From Vampirovibrio sp. (GTDB lineage Bacteria; Cyanobacteriota; Vampirovibrionia; Vampirovibrionales; JAJTHC01), in NCBI GenBank assembly GCA_050916035.1, contig CP050876.1:608635-672634 (forward strand): a stretch of DNA of 64,000 nt, written 5' to 3'. Of the stretch, positions 29,544-39,079 are shown piece after piece. Numbering within the stretch: the first letter of the stretch is position 1; each line of letters begins with the position of its first letter. Under the pieces are notes generated by a model. That model saw nothing but the letters and a program-made list of their open reading frames with translations, did not search any database and was not told the origin of the DNA. Position numbers and translations under genes: made by a program.

Positions 29544-29794
29544 TGGTTGCTCGTGAATTGCAAGGTGTGGTGTCTTCCGCGAAGTCAGACAAGACAGCAG
29601 TTGTTTTGGTGACGAGTCGTAAGTCTCATGTGAAGTATGGTAAGGTTGTTCAGACCAGTAAGAAGTTTCATGCCCATGATGAATTGAATGAATGTCAAGT
29701 GGGTGATGAAGTGGTTATTGTGGAGTCTCGTCCCATGAGTAAGCTAAAGCGTTGGTCGCTTAAGCAAGTGGTACGTAAAGCAGAAGTGCTGTAG
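29543..29794 (+). CDS. rpsQ: 30S ribosomal protein S17
   Basis: GVVSSAKSDKTAVVLV...ESRPMSKLKRW. Confidence 0.9.
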   Translation: MVARELQGVVSSAKSDKTAVVLVTSRKSHVKYGKVVQTSKKFHAHDELNECQVGDEVVIVESRPMSKLKRWSLKQVVRKAEVL

Positions 29795-29806
29795 TAAGGG
29801 GTTGTT

Positions 29807-30166
29807 ATGATTCAGCCGGAATCTAGAGTGGTGGTTGCCGATAATACAGGCGCTCAGGAACTACTTTGTATACGTGTGTTAAAGCGTAAACGAGCAAGCG
29901 TGGGTGATCGTATTATTGCAACAGTGAAGTCCGCTTCACCAAATATGCCTGTAAAGAAATCTGATGTGGTTATGGCGGTTATCGTTCGTACCAAATCACC
30001 TTTGCAGCGTGCGGATGGTAGTACAGTGTCGTTTGGTGAAAATGCTGCTGTGATTATTAACAAAGAAGGGAATCCTCGTGGTACCCGAGTCTTTGGGCCA
30101 GTTGCACGTGAGTTGAGAGATAATAATTTCATGAAGATTGTTTCTCTTGCTCCTGAAGTGTTATAG
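29807..30166 (+). CDS. rplN: 50S ribosomal protein L14
   Basis: [16 protein letters not shown]. Confidence 0.95.
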   Translation: MIQPESRVVVADNTGAQELLCIRVLKRKRASVGDRIIATVKSASPNMPVKKSDVVMAVIVRTKSPLQRADGSTVSFGENAAVIINKEGNPRGTRVFGPVARELRDNNFMKIVSLAPEVL

Positions 30167-30179
30167 CTAAGGAAAGATT

Positions 30180-30398
30180 ATGAAGGCTTATAAAAAAAAG
30201 TTAGTGAAAACGCAATTTTCTTTTCATCTGAAGCGTGGCGACAATGTGTTTGTTTTGACTGGTAAGGATAAAGGCAAACAAGGTGTGGTACGTTTGGTTG
30301 ATAGAGAAGTGAATAAAGTCGTTGTGGAAGGCATTAACATTGTTAATGGCAAAGAACGCTTGATTCATATTTCGAATTTGAAGATTGTTACGGAATAG
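30180..30398 (+). CDS. rplX: 50S ribosomal protein L24 (short form, 72 aa)
   Basis: [23 protein letters not shown] motif. The ORF ends about 30 aa earlier than a typical L24. Confidence 0.8.
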   Translation: MKAYKKKLVKTQFSFHLKRGDNVFVLTGKDKGKQGVVRLVDREVNKVVVEGINIVNGKERLIHISNLKIVTE

Positions 30399-30410
30399 AT
30401 TAGGTGCTTT

Positions 30411-30962
30411 ATGAAAACGTTAAAAGAAATATATCAAGACGATATTTTTGCTTCGTTGCAGGAAGAATTGAACTTGTCTAATGTTCACGAAGTTCCTTCT
30501 CTTGTGAAAGTAGTCGTCAATGTGGGTTTGGGCGATTCAGCTCAAAATGCAAAGTCATTGGATGAAGCGATTCAACATTTGACTTTGATGACAGGTCAAA
30601 AACCTTTAATTACACGTGCTAAGAAGTCTATTGCAGGCTTTAAGGTTCGTGAAGGTATGCCCATTGGAGCAATGGTAACATTGCGCGGGGATAGAATGTA
30701 TGATTTTATTTCCAAATTGGTGAATGTGGTATTGCCTCGTATTCGTGATTTTAGAGGTCTTAATGATGCAGGATTTGATGGGCGTGGTAACTACAACCTT
30801 GGGTTGAAAGACCAGCTTATATTTCCTGAAATTGATTATGACATGATCACGAAAGTTCGTGGTATGAATATTACGGTGGTGACCTCTTCGTCTTCGGATG
30901 TTGAAGCTCTTTCTTTGTTGAAAAAATTGGGTTTCCCATTTGTCGCAAAAGCAAGTACTTAG
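30411..30962 (+). CDS. rplE: 50S ribosomal protein L5
   Basis: Conserved L5 blocks (ITRAKKSIAGFKVREGMPIG). Confidence 0.9.
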   Translation: MKTLKEIYQDDIFASLQEELNLSNVHEVPSLVKVVVNVGLGDSAQNAKSLDEAIQHLTLMTGQKPLITRAKKSIAGFKVREGMPIGAMVTLRGDRMYDFISKLVNVVLPRIRDFRGLNDAGFDGRGNYNLGLKDQLIFPEIDYDMITKVRGMNITVVTSSSSDVEALSLLKKLGFPFVAKAST

Positions 30963-30974
30963 GAGTCGTGATTC

Positions 30975-31181
30975 ATGGCTAAAGTTTCCATGGTGACCAA
31001 AGAAGCACAACGTGAAATAAAAGTGGCAAAGGGTAAATACCCTAAGACGCGTTTGCAAAATCGTTGTTCAATTTGTGGTCGTCCTCGTTCTTATTATCGT
31101 CAATTTGGTATTTGTCGTGTGTGCTTAAGAAAAATGGCGCATGAAGGCAAATTGCCAGGTGTTACAAAATCAAGTTGGTAG
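30975..31181 (+). CDS. rpsN: 30S ribosomal protein S14, zinc-binding type Z
   Basis: About 61-68 aa with CSICGRP...CRVC (CxxC...CxxC). Confidence 0.85.
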   Translation: MAKVSMVTKEAQREIKVAKGKYPKTRLQNRCSICGRPRSYYRQFGICRVCLRKMAHEGKLPGVTKSSW

Positions 31182-31283
31182 TTCAGAAGAGCTCCTTAAG
31201 TTTTTAGATTTAGAGTCTTTTTTAAAATAGCTTTTAAATAAAATACTTTTGGCGTCTTCTTTGTAAATATAGGTCTTACACTT

Positions 31284-31673
31284 ATGTATTCTGATCCTAT
31301 TTCTGATATGCTCACCCGTGTTCGTAACGCACAGCGTGCGGGTCATGTGGAAGTGAGTATTCCTTTGTCTAAATTGAAAGTTGAAATTGCTAAAATTTTG
31401 GTACGTCAAGGCTTTGTCAAAGAGTATCGCATTGATTCGGACCGAACTTTTATGGTTGTTCTGAAGTATAGCCCTAAATCGGGTGAGCCTGTTATTCGTT
31501 GCTTAAAAAAAGTATCTAAATCAGGTTTGCGGGTTTATTCACGTAGTGGTCGTTTGCCCCGTGTCTTAGGAGGTTCTGGTGTTGCAATTATCTCGACAAG
31601 TCGAGGTGTTTTGACGGATCATGAAGCTCGTAAGCTGGGTGTGGGTGGCGAAGTCTTGTGTTACGTTTACTAA
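31284..31673 (+). CDS. rpsH: 30S ribosomal protein S8
   Basis: DPISDMLTRVRNA N-terminus. Confidence 0.9.
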   Translation: MYSDPISDMLTRVRNAQRAGHVEVSIPLSKLKVEIAKILVRQGFVKEYRIDSDRTFMVVLKYSPKSGEPVIRCLKKVSKSGLRVYSRSGRLPRVLGGSGVAIISTSRGVLTDHEARKLGVGGEVLCYVY

Positions 31674-31694
31674 ATTTTCAAGAAGGTATAGATT

Positions 31695-32234
31695 ATGTCT
31701 CGAATTGGTAAAAATCCAATCTTAATACCCTCGGGCGTTACGATTACGATTGATGAAAACTTAGTAACGGTTAAAGGTCCCAAAGGACAGTTGACGCTTC
31801 AAGTTAGGTCTGAAATGGGCCTTCAGCTTGAGGGTAACACCCTTGTGGTTATGCCTAATGGTGAAACTCGCTTACACCGTTCTTTGCATGGATTGACGCG
31901 TACATTGATTGACAATATGGTCATTGGTGTATCCGTTGGTTTTTCCAAAAACTTGGAATTGGTGGGTGTCGGTTACCGTGCTGCTGCTACGTCTTCTATG
32001 TTAACCTTACAACTGGGTTATAGTCACCCTGTTGAAATTGTTTTGCCTGAAGGAATTGAAGCCAAAGTAGAAGCGAATACCAAGCTGTCTATTTCTGGTA
32101 TTGATAAGCAAGCCGTGGGTGACATTGCTGCTTTGGTTCGTTCAAAGCGTCCACCTGAACCTTATAAAGGTAAGGGGGTTCGTTACGCGAATGAAGTGGT
32201 TCGTCGTAAAGCAGGTAAATCTGGTAAGAAGTAA
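31695..32234 (+). CDS. rplF: 50S ribosomal protein L6
   Basis: MSRIGKNPILIPSGV. Confidence 0.9.
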   Translation: MSRIGKNPILIPSGVTITIDENLVTVKGPKGQLTLQVRSEMGLQLEGNTLVVMPNGETRLHRSLHGLTRTLIDNMVIGVSVGFSKNLELVGVGYRAAATSSMLTLQLGYSHPVEIVLPEGIEAKVEANTKLSISGIDKQAVGDIAALVRSKRPPEPYKGKGVRYANEVVRRKAGKSGKK

Positions 32235-32273
32235 TGGATCGTAAGTGATCTTGAAATTTAGGATTATTGTCTC

Positions 32274-32642
32274 ATGTATAAACAAATAAACCGTAAGGAA
32301 ATTTCACGCAAGCGTCATTTACGGGTTCGTAAAAAAGTATCGGGAACGGCAGAATTCCCAAGACTTGCGGTACATCGTAGTGGTAAACATATTTATGTTC
32401 AAGCCATTGATGATATATCAGGCGTGACCTTGGCTGCAGCGAGTTCTTTGGATAAGGAATTGTCTGGCGTCTTAAAATTGGGTGCCAATGTAGAAGCCGC
32501 CAAACAAGTGGGGACTTTAGTCGCCAAACGTTTGCTTGCAATAGGTGTTGAAGCGGTTGTTTTTGATCGTGGTGGATTCCTTTATCATGGTCGTGTCGCG
32601 GCTTTAGCAGAAGCAGCTCGTGCCGAAGGACTTCAGTTTTAG
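32274..32642 (+). CDS. rplR: 50S ribosomal protein L18
   Basis: [13 protein letters not shown]; position after L6. Confidence 0.85.
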   Translation: MYKQINRKEISRKRHLRVRKKVSGTAEFPRLAVHRSGKHIYVQAIDDISGVTLAAASSLDKELSGVLKLGANVEAAKQVGTLVAKRLLAIGVEAVVFDRGGFLYHGRVAALAEAARAEGLQF

Positions 32643-32726
32643 TCTTTTACGGAGAAGATTTACTTCCCCATATTGAACACGCCTAGTATGCTATATACAG
32701 GCGTGTTTTTTATTGAAAGGGAATTT

Positions 32727-35498
32727 ATGATGTTTCAATGGCGATTATTAGTGGGGCTTATGCTCCTGTTGTCTTCTACGTTGATGCCTCCCTTGCATGC
32801 AGCGAAAGGGCCTGCTTCATTGCCTGTTACGTCTCTACCGTATACGGTGCATACCCTTGACAACGGTTTGACGGTGGTGATCTATCAAGTAAAGGGATCT
32901 CGTCAAGTTGTTTTGGATACATGGTTTGGCGTGGGGAGTGCTTATGAGTTGCCTTTGTATAACGGGATGTCTCATTTCTTGGAGCATGTAATGTTTAAGT
33001 CACCTGTGGGGACGCCTTCCTTTGACCAACAAGTAGAGCAGTATGGCGGCTATACCAATGCAGCGACTTCGAGAGATTTTACCCATTATTTTTATGTGGT
33101 CCCGCATACCCAATTTAAAGACGCCTTAAATTTGCATTTGTCGATGCTTTTTAAACCAAGTTTTCCTACGGAGGCCGTTCAGCAAGAACAAGCGGTGGTG
33201 CAAGAGGAAATTTTTCGTTCCCAAAATGCCGCTTTTAGGCCATTATTTGATGCCGTGTATCGAACACTGTATCAGAATACGCCTCAAATAGCTCAAACCA
33301 TTGCAGGGCCTGCGCCTCAAATTGCGACTTTTGATGCTCAAAAAGTCAGAGCGTATTATCAGCACTATTATTTCCCTAAATCGGCGACTTTGTTTATTGC
33401 CACTCCCGATGAAGAGGCTTCCGTACTTGAAGGGGTGAATGCTTTTTTTAAGAAATCCCCTGTTCCGATGGGAAGCACTATTGCGCCTTTGCATCAGCGT
33501 ATTGATTGGCAGGCTTTAACGCCTAAGGTGACCCCTATTTACGCCTCGACCGTGCCGATGCCTACGGTTTTATGGGCCTTCCCTGAACCGCCTGTTTCTG
33601 CCTCTTTGAAAGAGCGTTTTGCGTTTCAAATTTACCTGTATCTTCTGGCTAATCAGGAAGAAAGTGCCTTAAATGAAGCGGTTTTGCATCAGGCTAAGAA
33701 CCCTGCTTTCGCGGTAGGTGCTTCTTGGACACGGCACGCCTTTGAAGGCTTTACGTATATATATGCCATGACGGCGCTTCCCAATTTGGAGCTGACCACG
33801 CAGCGGATTCAAAATATTTTGGCGGATGAAACGTGGTTGACTGAGGAAAAGCTAGAACGCGCTAAGACAGTTTTACGCTTGGGCTTTACTCAGGAGCGTA
33901 GTCAGCCCACCTCTTATCTTTCAGGCTTGGGTGAAGCATGGATGCAAGGGACTCAAAACGAATGGGAACAACAATTGGATTTGTTGAAATCCTTAACCTT
34001 AGCAGATCTTAAAGCTGCGCAACGGGGGATGCAACAACGTCTCCAGCAAAAAACACTCACCTTTCTGCTTTTGCCTGAAACTGATAAGGGAAAGCCTTTA
34101 CCACCTGTGGCAACGAGCTTGTTGAAATCAGTCCCTGCTTTACCCAAGCCCTTAACGGCGACCTCGCCACCTTCTTCTGCCTATCCTTTGAAAGAGGACC
34201 CTCAGCCCATTAAAATTGGTGCATTTCAAGGGTATCAAAAAGTACTACCGCATGCGGAACTCATTGGGATGGCTTGGCAATGGCCTGTTTCGGCTTTGTC
34301 GCCACGTTTAAAAAAGCAATTAGATGTTTTGGGTGACTTATGGATGCAGGCCCCGCTTGAGCAAAAATCTTCACGAACGGTTAAAAATTATTTGGAAGAT
34401 TTAGGGGTTTCCGTGCAGTATACTTCTCAGGAAGATTGGGTGCAGGTCTATTTTGAAACCACGGCGGATCAAGTTCCCGCTTTGATTCAGGCACAACGGG
34501 TTGTTTTACAGGAAATGCATGCGCTGGATTTTGATGAAAAGGCGTTTGAATCGGAACGAGACAACGCGATTCAATCGGTGGCCATGTTAGCGTCCAATCC
34601 CCAAGCCTTGCTTTTTGCCCATGCCAATCGTTACTTGGCCAAGGGGCTGGGGGCGGGTGTTCAGTTGGACGAGGAGGTGTCCTTACTGAAAGGAATGACT
34701 TGGGCAGAATTAAAAACCACATGGTTAAACGTGTGGGAAAAATCGCCTGTGGCCGTCGTCATGGCGGGTTCGTCGACGGCTTTAAAACAGTTAGAAGACG
34801 GCTTGGCGCTGACCAATCTATTGGAAGGGCATCAGGCGCTTTTGCCTCAAACGGTAACCCCGTCTTTAAACGGGCAAGAGAAGCGCTCACCGACTCCTAC
34901 TATTTTACAGGTGGATAAAGCGGATCAAAGCACGGCTTGGCTCTTGTGGGGGTGGACGCTTCCTTCGGTTCAGGCGGAAGATATGGCTGCTTTACAGTTG
35001 ATTCAAACGTATTTAGGGCAAGGCATGAGTGCTCAACTCTTTCAAGAAGTGCGCGAAAAAAGAGGCTTGGCCTACGAAGTCACCGCCACCATGGAAACGA
35101 CCATAAACCGTAGTATGATGACGTGGTATGCGGGGGTTAAACCTGAAAATCTTGAAAAAACGAAGGCTATTTTTCAGTCGATTTTGACGCAATTGGCGAG
35201 CCAGCCCCTTAGTCAAAAAGACTTAGATGCCTTGGTGGTAAAACGTTTGGGTCGCTTTGATATTGCGTTAAATACCCCCGAACAATGGGTGGCGTTTACG
35301 GGGCGCTTATTGACTCAAGGTTTGCCTTTGAACTATTTGGATTCCTACCCCAAGCGTTTAAAGTCGATTACCCCTGCCGATGTACAACGCGTGGCGAAGC
35401 GTTACCTTGGGACTTCACCGAGCTTGCAACTGATTTTATCCAAGCCTTTAGCCGTGGAAGCCTCTCCATCAAAGCCAGAAGGAAGATCTCATGACTAA
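32727..35498 (+). CDS. Secreted M16-family (pitrilysin-like) zinc metallopeptidase with tandem M16 domains
   Basis: Signal peptide. HFLEHVMF is the inverted HxxEH zinc motif. About 920 aa, consistent with two M16 active/inactive domain pairs. Confidence 0.75.
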   Translation: MMFQWRLLVGLMLLLSSTLMPPLHAAKGPASLPVTSLPYTVHTLDNGLTVVIYQVKGSRQVVLDTWFGVGSAYELPLYNGMSHFLEHVMFKSPVGTPSFDQQVEQYGGYTNAATSRDFTHYFYVVPHTQFKDALNLHLSMLFKPSFPTEAVQQEQAVVQEEIFRSQNAAFRPLFDAVYRTLYQNTPQIAQTIAGPAPQIATFDAQKVRAYYQHYYFPKSATLFIATPDEEASVLEGVNAFFKKSPVPMGSTIAPLHQRIDWQALTPKVTPIYASTVPMPTVLWAFPEPPVSASLKERFAFQIYLYLLANQEESALNEAVLHQAKNPAFAVGASWTRHAFEGFTYIYAMTALPNLELTTQRIQNILADETWLTEEKLERAKTVLRLGFTQERSQPTSYLSGLGEAWMQGTQNEWEQQLDLLKSLTLADLKAAQRGMQQRLQQKTLTFLLLPETDKGKPLPPVATSLLKSVPALPKPLTATSPPSSAYPLKEDPQPIKIGAFQGYQKVLPHAELIGMAWQWPVSALSPRLKKQLDVLGDLWMQAPLEQKSSRTVKNYLEDLGVSVQYTSQEDWVQVYFETTADQVPALIQAQRVVLQEMHALDFDEKAFESERDNAIQSVAMLASNPQALLFAHANRYLAKGLGAGVQLDEEVSLLKGMTWAELKTTWLNVWEKSPVAVVMAGSSTALKQLEDGLALTNLLEGHQALLPQTVTPSLNGQEKRSPTPTILQVDKADQSTAWLLWGWTLPSVQAEDMAALQLIQTYLGQGMSAQLFQEVREKRGLAYEVTATMETTINRSMMTWYAGVKPENLEKTKAIFQSILTQLASQPLSQKDLDALVVKRLGRFDIALNTPEQWVAFTGRLLTQGLPLNYLDSYPKRLKSITPADVQRVAKRYLGTSPSLQLILSKPLAVEASPSKPEGRSHD

Positions 35499-36426
35499 GG
35501 GAACGCTTGTTTCAACGTGTACGGTTCATGTGCCTGCGACATCCGCAAATTTAGGGGTGGGTTTTGATACGTTTGGCTTGGCGCTGGCTTTGTGGAATCG
35601 TTTTGAGATTCAGCGTTTAGCTGAGGGAGAAACTCCTACTTTAAAACCCTTACCCACGTCTCGATTTAGTATTGCGGCCAAATCGGGCTGGGATGCGGTG
35701 GGGACGAATGTGTTTTTTCAAGCCTTACGTTTTTATTATGAGAGGATTCAGCGTCCCTTGCCTGCCTATGCGGTCGCGGTAGAGATTCATATCCCAGTGG
35801 CACGGGGTTTGGGTTCTAGTGCAACAGCGGTGGTGGCGGCTTTATTGGGAGCGAACCATTTGGAAGGCTCTCCTTTGAGTGAGGCGGAGCTCTTGGCGTT
35901 GGCCATTGCGTTTGAGGGGCATCCTGACAATGTTTCTCCTGCACTTAAAGGGGGCTGTGTCTTTGGGGATGAGGCGTCCGTCTATGCGTTGTCATGGCCA
36001 TCGACTTGGCATACCGCCGTGTGGATTCCTGAAGATGCCTTGTTGACGGAAGCCGCTCGTCAAGTGTTGCCCTTGGTGTATCCCAGAACAGACGTGGTGA
36101 GTGCTTTGCGTCACGCGACGATGTTATTGTACGCCATTGAACATACGGATGCCTCTTTATTACAGCGCATTCTACAAGCGGATTGTATTCATGAGCCGTA
36201 TCGAAAATCCTTGATTGAAGGCTTTGAAGCGTTTCGAGCCTATGTGCATGCCCATACGGAGGCTTACGGGGTGGTGATTAGTGGCAGTGGTTCGACCTGC
36301 TTGGTTATTTTTGAGGCGTCTCAAGACACTTTAATGAAGAATGCCCTCACAACATGGCAAAATCAATGGGGAGGCCACGTTCAGTTGCTCCCTATTGAAC
36401 GACGCGGGGCCTATCTTGAAACATAG
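35491..36426 (+). CDS. thrB: Homoserine kinase (GHMP kinase family)
   Basis: PVARGLGSSATAVVAAL GHMP ATP-binding motif; about 310 aa. Confidence 0.7.
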   Translation: MTKGTLVSTCTVHVPATSANLGVGFDTFGLALALWNRFEIQRLAEGETPTLKPLPTSRFSIAAKSGWDAVGTNVFFQALRFYYERIQRPLPAYAVAVEIHIPVARGLGSSATAVVAALLGANHLEGSPLSEAELLALAIAFEGHPDNVSPALKGGCVFGDEASVYALSWPSTWHTAVWIPEDALLTEAARQVLPLVYPRTDVVSALRHATMLLYAIEHTDASLLQRILQADCIHEPYRKSLIEGFEAFRAYVHAHTEAYGVVISGSGSTCLVIFEASQDTLMKNALTTWQNQWGGHVQLLPIERRGAYLET

Positions 36427-36457
36427 CCATTGAGCGTGTTGGAACTTAATAGTAAAA

Positions 36458-36539
36458 CGGATGAGACAGGATTCGAACCTGCAACCCCTCACGGGGCGAC
36501 CGCTTTCGAGACGGCACCCTAACCACCCGGACCTCATCC
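36458..36539 (-). tRNA. tRNA-Ser (anticodon CGA) with a long variable arm
   Basis: Reverse complement GGATGAG...CTCGAAA anticodon loop...GGTTCGAATCC T-loop...CTCATCCG. Cloverleaf folded by eye; no encoded CCA. Confidence 0.7.
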
Positions 36540-36809
36540 GTATTGCTTCATTTTACCGCATCCAGCGGAGATGACAAGCTTCACTCTAGAATATTCTAGT
36601 ATTTTTGCCTAAAACCTGAGACCTTTAATCCTGTGCACCAACCGACGTCAACGCACTAAATGCGAGGCTTCCGAGACATTTTGCGGACGTCGTGGTTGTG
36701 AATGATGCGAGGAGGTGGGGATTGAGGGGGGATTTTCAAGGGGGGACGAAGGGGAGGAGAAACGCAATGCGTCCTACCCCGTCCCCCCTTGAACGGATTT
36801 AGAGGGGTG

Positions 36810-36835
36810 GAGACCTTTTTCCGCGAAAAGGTCTC
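36810..36835. terminator. Perfect 10-bp-stem hairpin (GAGACCTTTT-TCCGCG-AAAAGGTCTC); possible bidirectional terminator downstream of the repeat-protein gene
   Basis: Palindrome seen directly in the sequence. No strong U-tract, so terminator function is uncertain. Confidence 0.35.
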
Positions 36836-36901
36836 TGACGAGCGACCAGCTCAAAACGAAAGCCAGCCCTCCAAAAATTGATCTATCAAACACGATAGAA
36901 A

Positions 36902-38926
36902 TTAGCTGTTCGCCACGGCCTTCATTTGATTAATCCCGTGTTGTGCTTGGGCCATATCTCGTTCATCTTTATTGGTGAGCCCCAGTTGTTTAAAGCCCCA
37001 ATCGGTTATGCCTGAAGTCGCAGGCGTTAAGCCCATGCCAATAATTCCTGCAATGGCCATGGCGGGGAGGGTCCCTACCCCACTGAAAAAGGCTGCGGTG
37101 AGTGCGGTTGCGGCAATTCCCGTGATAACGGTTGTAGCCAGATCCGACGCGGCTTTTCGATGGTTACCATTATCCATATTGGTCTTAAAGTTCCAAGCTT
37201 CTAAGGCGGTGCCCACAATGGCCAAGCCCTTGGTGAATTTACCGCCAATGCCTCCCATATTGCGTGAAACAGAATTTTTCGCTTTAGAGGCAAGCGTGCT
37301 ATCTAAAACGTCTGTGGCAGCTCCTGTAGTAGCTCCTGTAGTAGCTCCTGTAGTAGCTCCTGTAGTAGCTCCTGTAGTAGTTCCTGTAGTAGTTCCTGTG
37401 GTAGCTCCTGTAGTAGCTCCTGTAGTAGCTCCTGTAGTAGCTCCTGTAGTAGCTCCTGTAGTAGCTCCTGTAGTAGCTCCTGTAGTAGTTCCTGTAGTAG
37501 TTCCTGTAGTAGTTCCTGTAGTAGTTCCTGTGGTAGCTCCTGTAGTAGTTCCTGTGGTAGCTCCTGTAGTAGTTCCTGTGGTAGCTCCTGTAGTAGTTCC
37601 TGTGGCAGCTCCTGTAGTAGCTCCTGTGGTTTTATTTAAAGGCCCTGCAATATTTTTGGCGGTGGTGAGGCCTGCGGCTTGAATTTTATTCTGCTCTAAA
37701 ATGTTTTGAATATTTTGACGCAGTACGGCTTCATCTCCTCCACTCAGGGATTGAAGTTGTCTCACTTGTTCGGCGCTTAAGCCTAAGTTTTGAAATTTTT
37801 TGTCAAAGAGCATGGCCGTGGCTTTTTCATCGCTAAACCCATTCCATAATTTTTGCCACCAATTGGGCTTAGTGGTTTTAAGATCACTGACCAATTGATC
37901 CATATTCGCGACTTTATTGGTGTGGGCACTAATGAATTGTGCATTCTTTTTGTTTAAACGGGCAAAGTGTTTTTCTTGTGCGTCTAATAAGCCTTGGTTT
38001 TTAGTCAGGCGTGCTTCTTGTGCGGCAATTTTTTCAGGACTACTACCATTGGCGTTTAAACGGGCAAGTTCCGCTTCGTCTATTTTGACGATGCGCTTCA
38101 TTTGAGCCGTCCCCTTGGCCGATTCTTCTAAGCGAACTTGGTCTAATTCCATATATTGTTTTTGGAGTTCTTGTATTTTTTGAGACAACTGCGCTTTCGT
38201 CGTACTGGGATTCGCTTTTAAGGCGTCTAATTCTTTGACTTTTTTACCATAAATTTCTGCTTGCTGGGTGACGCGTCCTGTGACTTCACGGTCAATGGTG
38301 GAATCTCCAAAGGTGCCTGCTCCACGGTAATGGGTACTACGGTCACTGATGAAATTATGCCATTTGCCTTTTCTTAGGGCATATTGATCCACGAGCCCTT
38401 CCGCGTTGACCGTCGGCAATTCGGTTTTAAAGAGCGGTACATTTTTCCCTAAGGGTGCTTTGCTACTACGTGCTGATATTTCCAAATCTTTAAACGCATT
38501 TTTTTTAGTGGTATACGGCTTGCCGTCTGCGTCGAGTAAAACCCCGCCATTTTTACGCGCCGTTTCTGTCATAATTTGGCGTCCTTTTTGGCCGTCTTTT
38601 GCAAAGAAAAAGGTGTCGTGATCTTTGACGTCCATCCAATTGCCAATGGGTTTAAACGTGCGATGGATGAGATTAGCGGAACGGTCTTGGTCTTGTACAA
38701 TATTTTGCCCTTGTAAAAGAGCCAAGGGAAGGGGCAAGGCACTCATGCCGGCTTCTACTTTTTTGCTATTGAGTGTGTTCAATAAGCCCGTAGCCACCAG
38801 CACGGCGGCTTCTTCTCTCGTAAAGGCAAGGGCTGCGGGCGCTAAGTTAGACCCCATTGATTGTTGGGGTTGCTGGGGTTGTGCTGCCGTATTATAAGGA
38901 GTATTGGATGCTGAAAGACTACTCAT
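36902..38926 (-). CDS. Hypothetical 674-aa protein with about 27 tandem Thr-Thr-Gly-Ala/Thr repeats and a C-terminal bilobed hydrophobic domain
   Basis: The repeat is encoded by a 12-bp unit (CTCCTGTAGTAG on the + strand) over about 37313-37640. N-terminal coiled coils. C-terminus VITGIAATALTAAFFSGVG...LPAMAIAGIIGMGL. Confidence 0.65.
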   Translation of the reverse strand: MSSLSASNTPYNTAAQPQQPQQSMGSNLAPAALAFTREEAAVLVATGLLNTLNSKKVEAGMSALPLPLALLQGQNIVQDQDRSANLIHRTFKPIGNWMDVKDHDTFFFAKDGQKGRQIMTETARKNGGVLLDADGKPYTTKKNAFKDLEISARSSKAPLGKNVPLFKTELPTVNAEGLVDQYALRKGKWHNFISDRSTHYRGAGTFGDSTIDREVTGRVTQQAEIYGKKVKELDALKANPSTTKAQLSQKIQELQKQYMELDQVRLEESAKGTAQMKRIVKIDEAELARLNANGSSPEKIAAQEARLTKNQGLLDAQEKHFARLNKKNAQFISAHTNKVANMDQLVSDLKTTKPNWWQKLWNGFSDEKATAMLFDKKFQNLGLSAEQVRQLQSLSGGDEAVLRQNIQNILEQNKIQAAGLTTAKNIAGPLNKTTGATTGAATGTTTGATTGTTTGATTGTTTGATTGTTTGTTTGTTTGTTTGATTGATTGATTGATTGATTGATTGATTGTTTGTTTGATTGATTGATTGATTGAATDVLDSTLASKAKNSVSRNMGGIGGKFTKGLAIVGTALEAWNFKTNMDNGNHRKAASDLATTVITGIAATALTAAFFSGVGTLPAMAIAGIIGMGLTPATSGITDWGFKQLGLTNKDERDMAQAQHGINQMKAVANS
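37313..37640. repeat. Tandem 12-bp repeat array (about 27 units of CTCCTGTAGTAG/TTCCTGTAGTAG/CTCCTGTGGTAG) inside the CDS
   Basis: Directly visible periodicity. In frame; encodes the (TTGA/TTGT)n region. Confidence 0.9.
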
Positions 38927-39079
38927 ACAGGGGGACCCTAACTTGAATTTTGTGTTGAACCTATGTCACTAAAAAGATGTCGTATCAGCATAAAACCCAA
39001 GTGGCTAAACTTTTGTGCGTGTGAGGAAAGAAACCCCTGAATAAAAAATGCCTTCTCCTGTCAAAAGAGAAGGCATAAA

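Noticed and set aside
37313-37640. Possible CRISPR array (regular short repeats)
   Set aside because: The units are 12 bp with no spacers. They are in frame within a long ORF and encode TTGA/TTGT. No cas genes are present.
36972-37682. 236-aa + strand ORF encoding (VAPVV)n
   Set aside because: It is the antisense reading of the 12-bp tandem repeat inside the minus-strand repeat-protein gene. It has no start context of its own and is purely repetitive.
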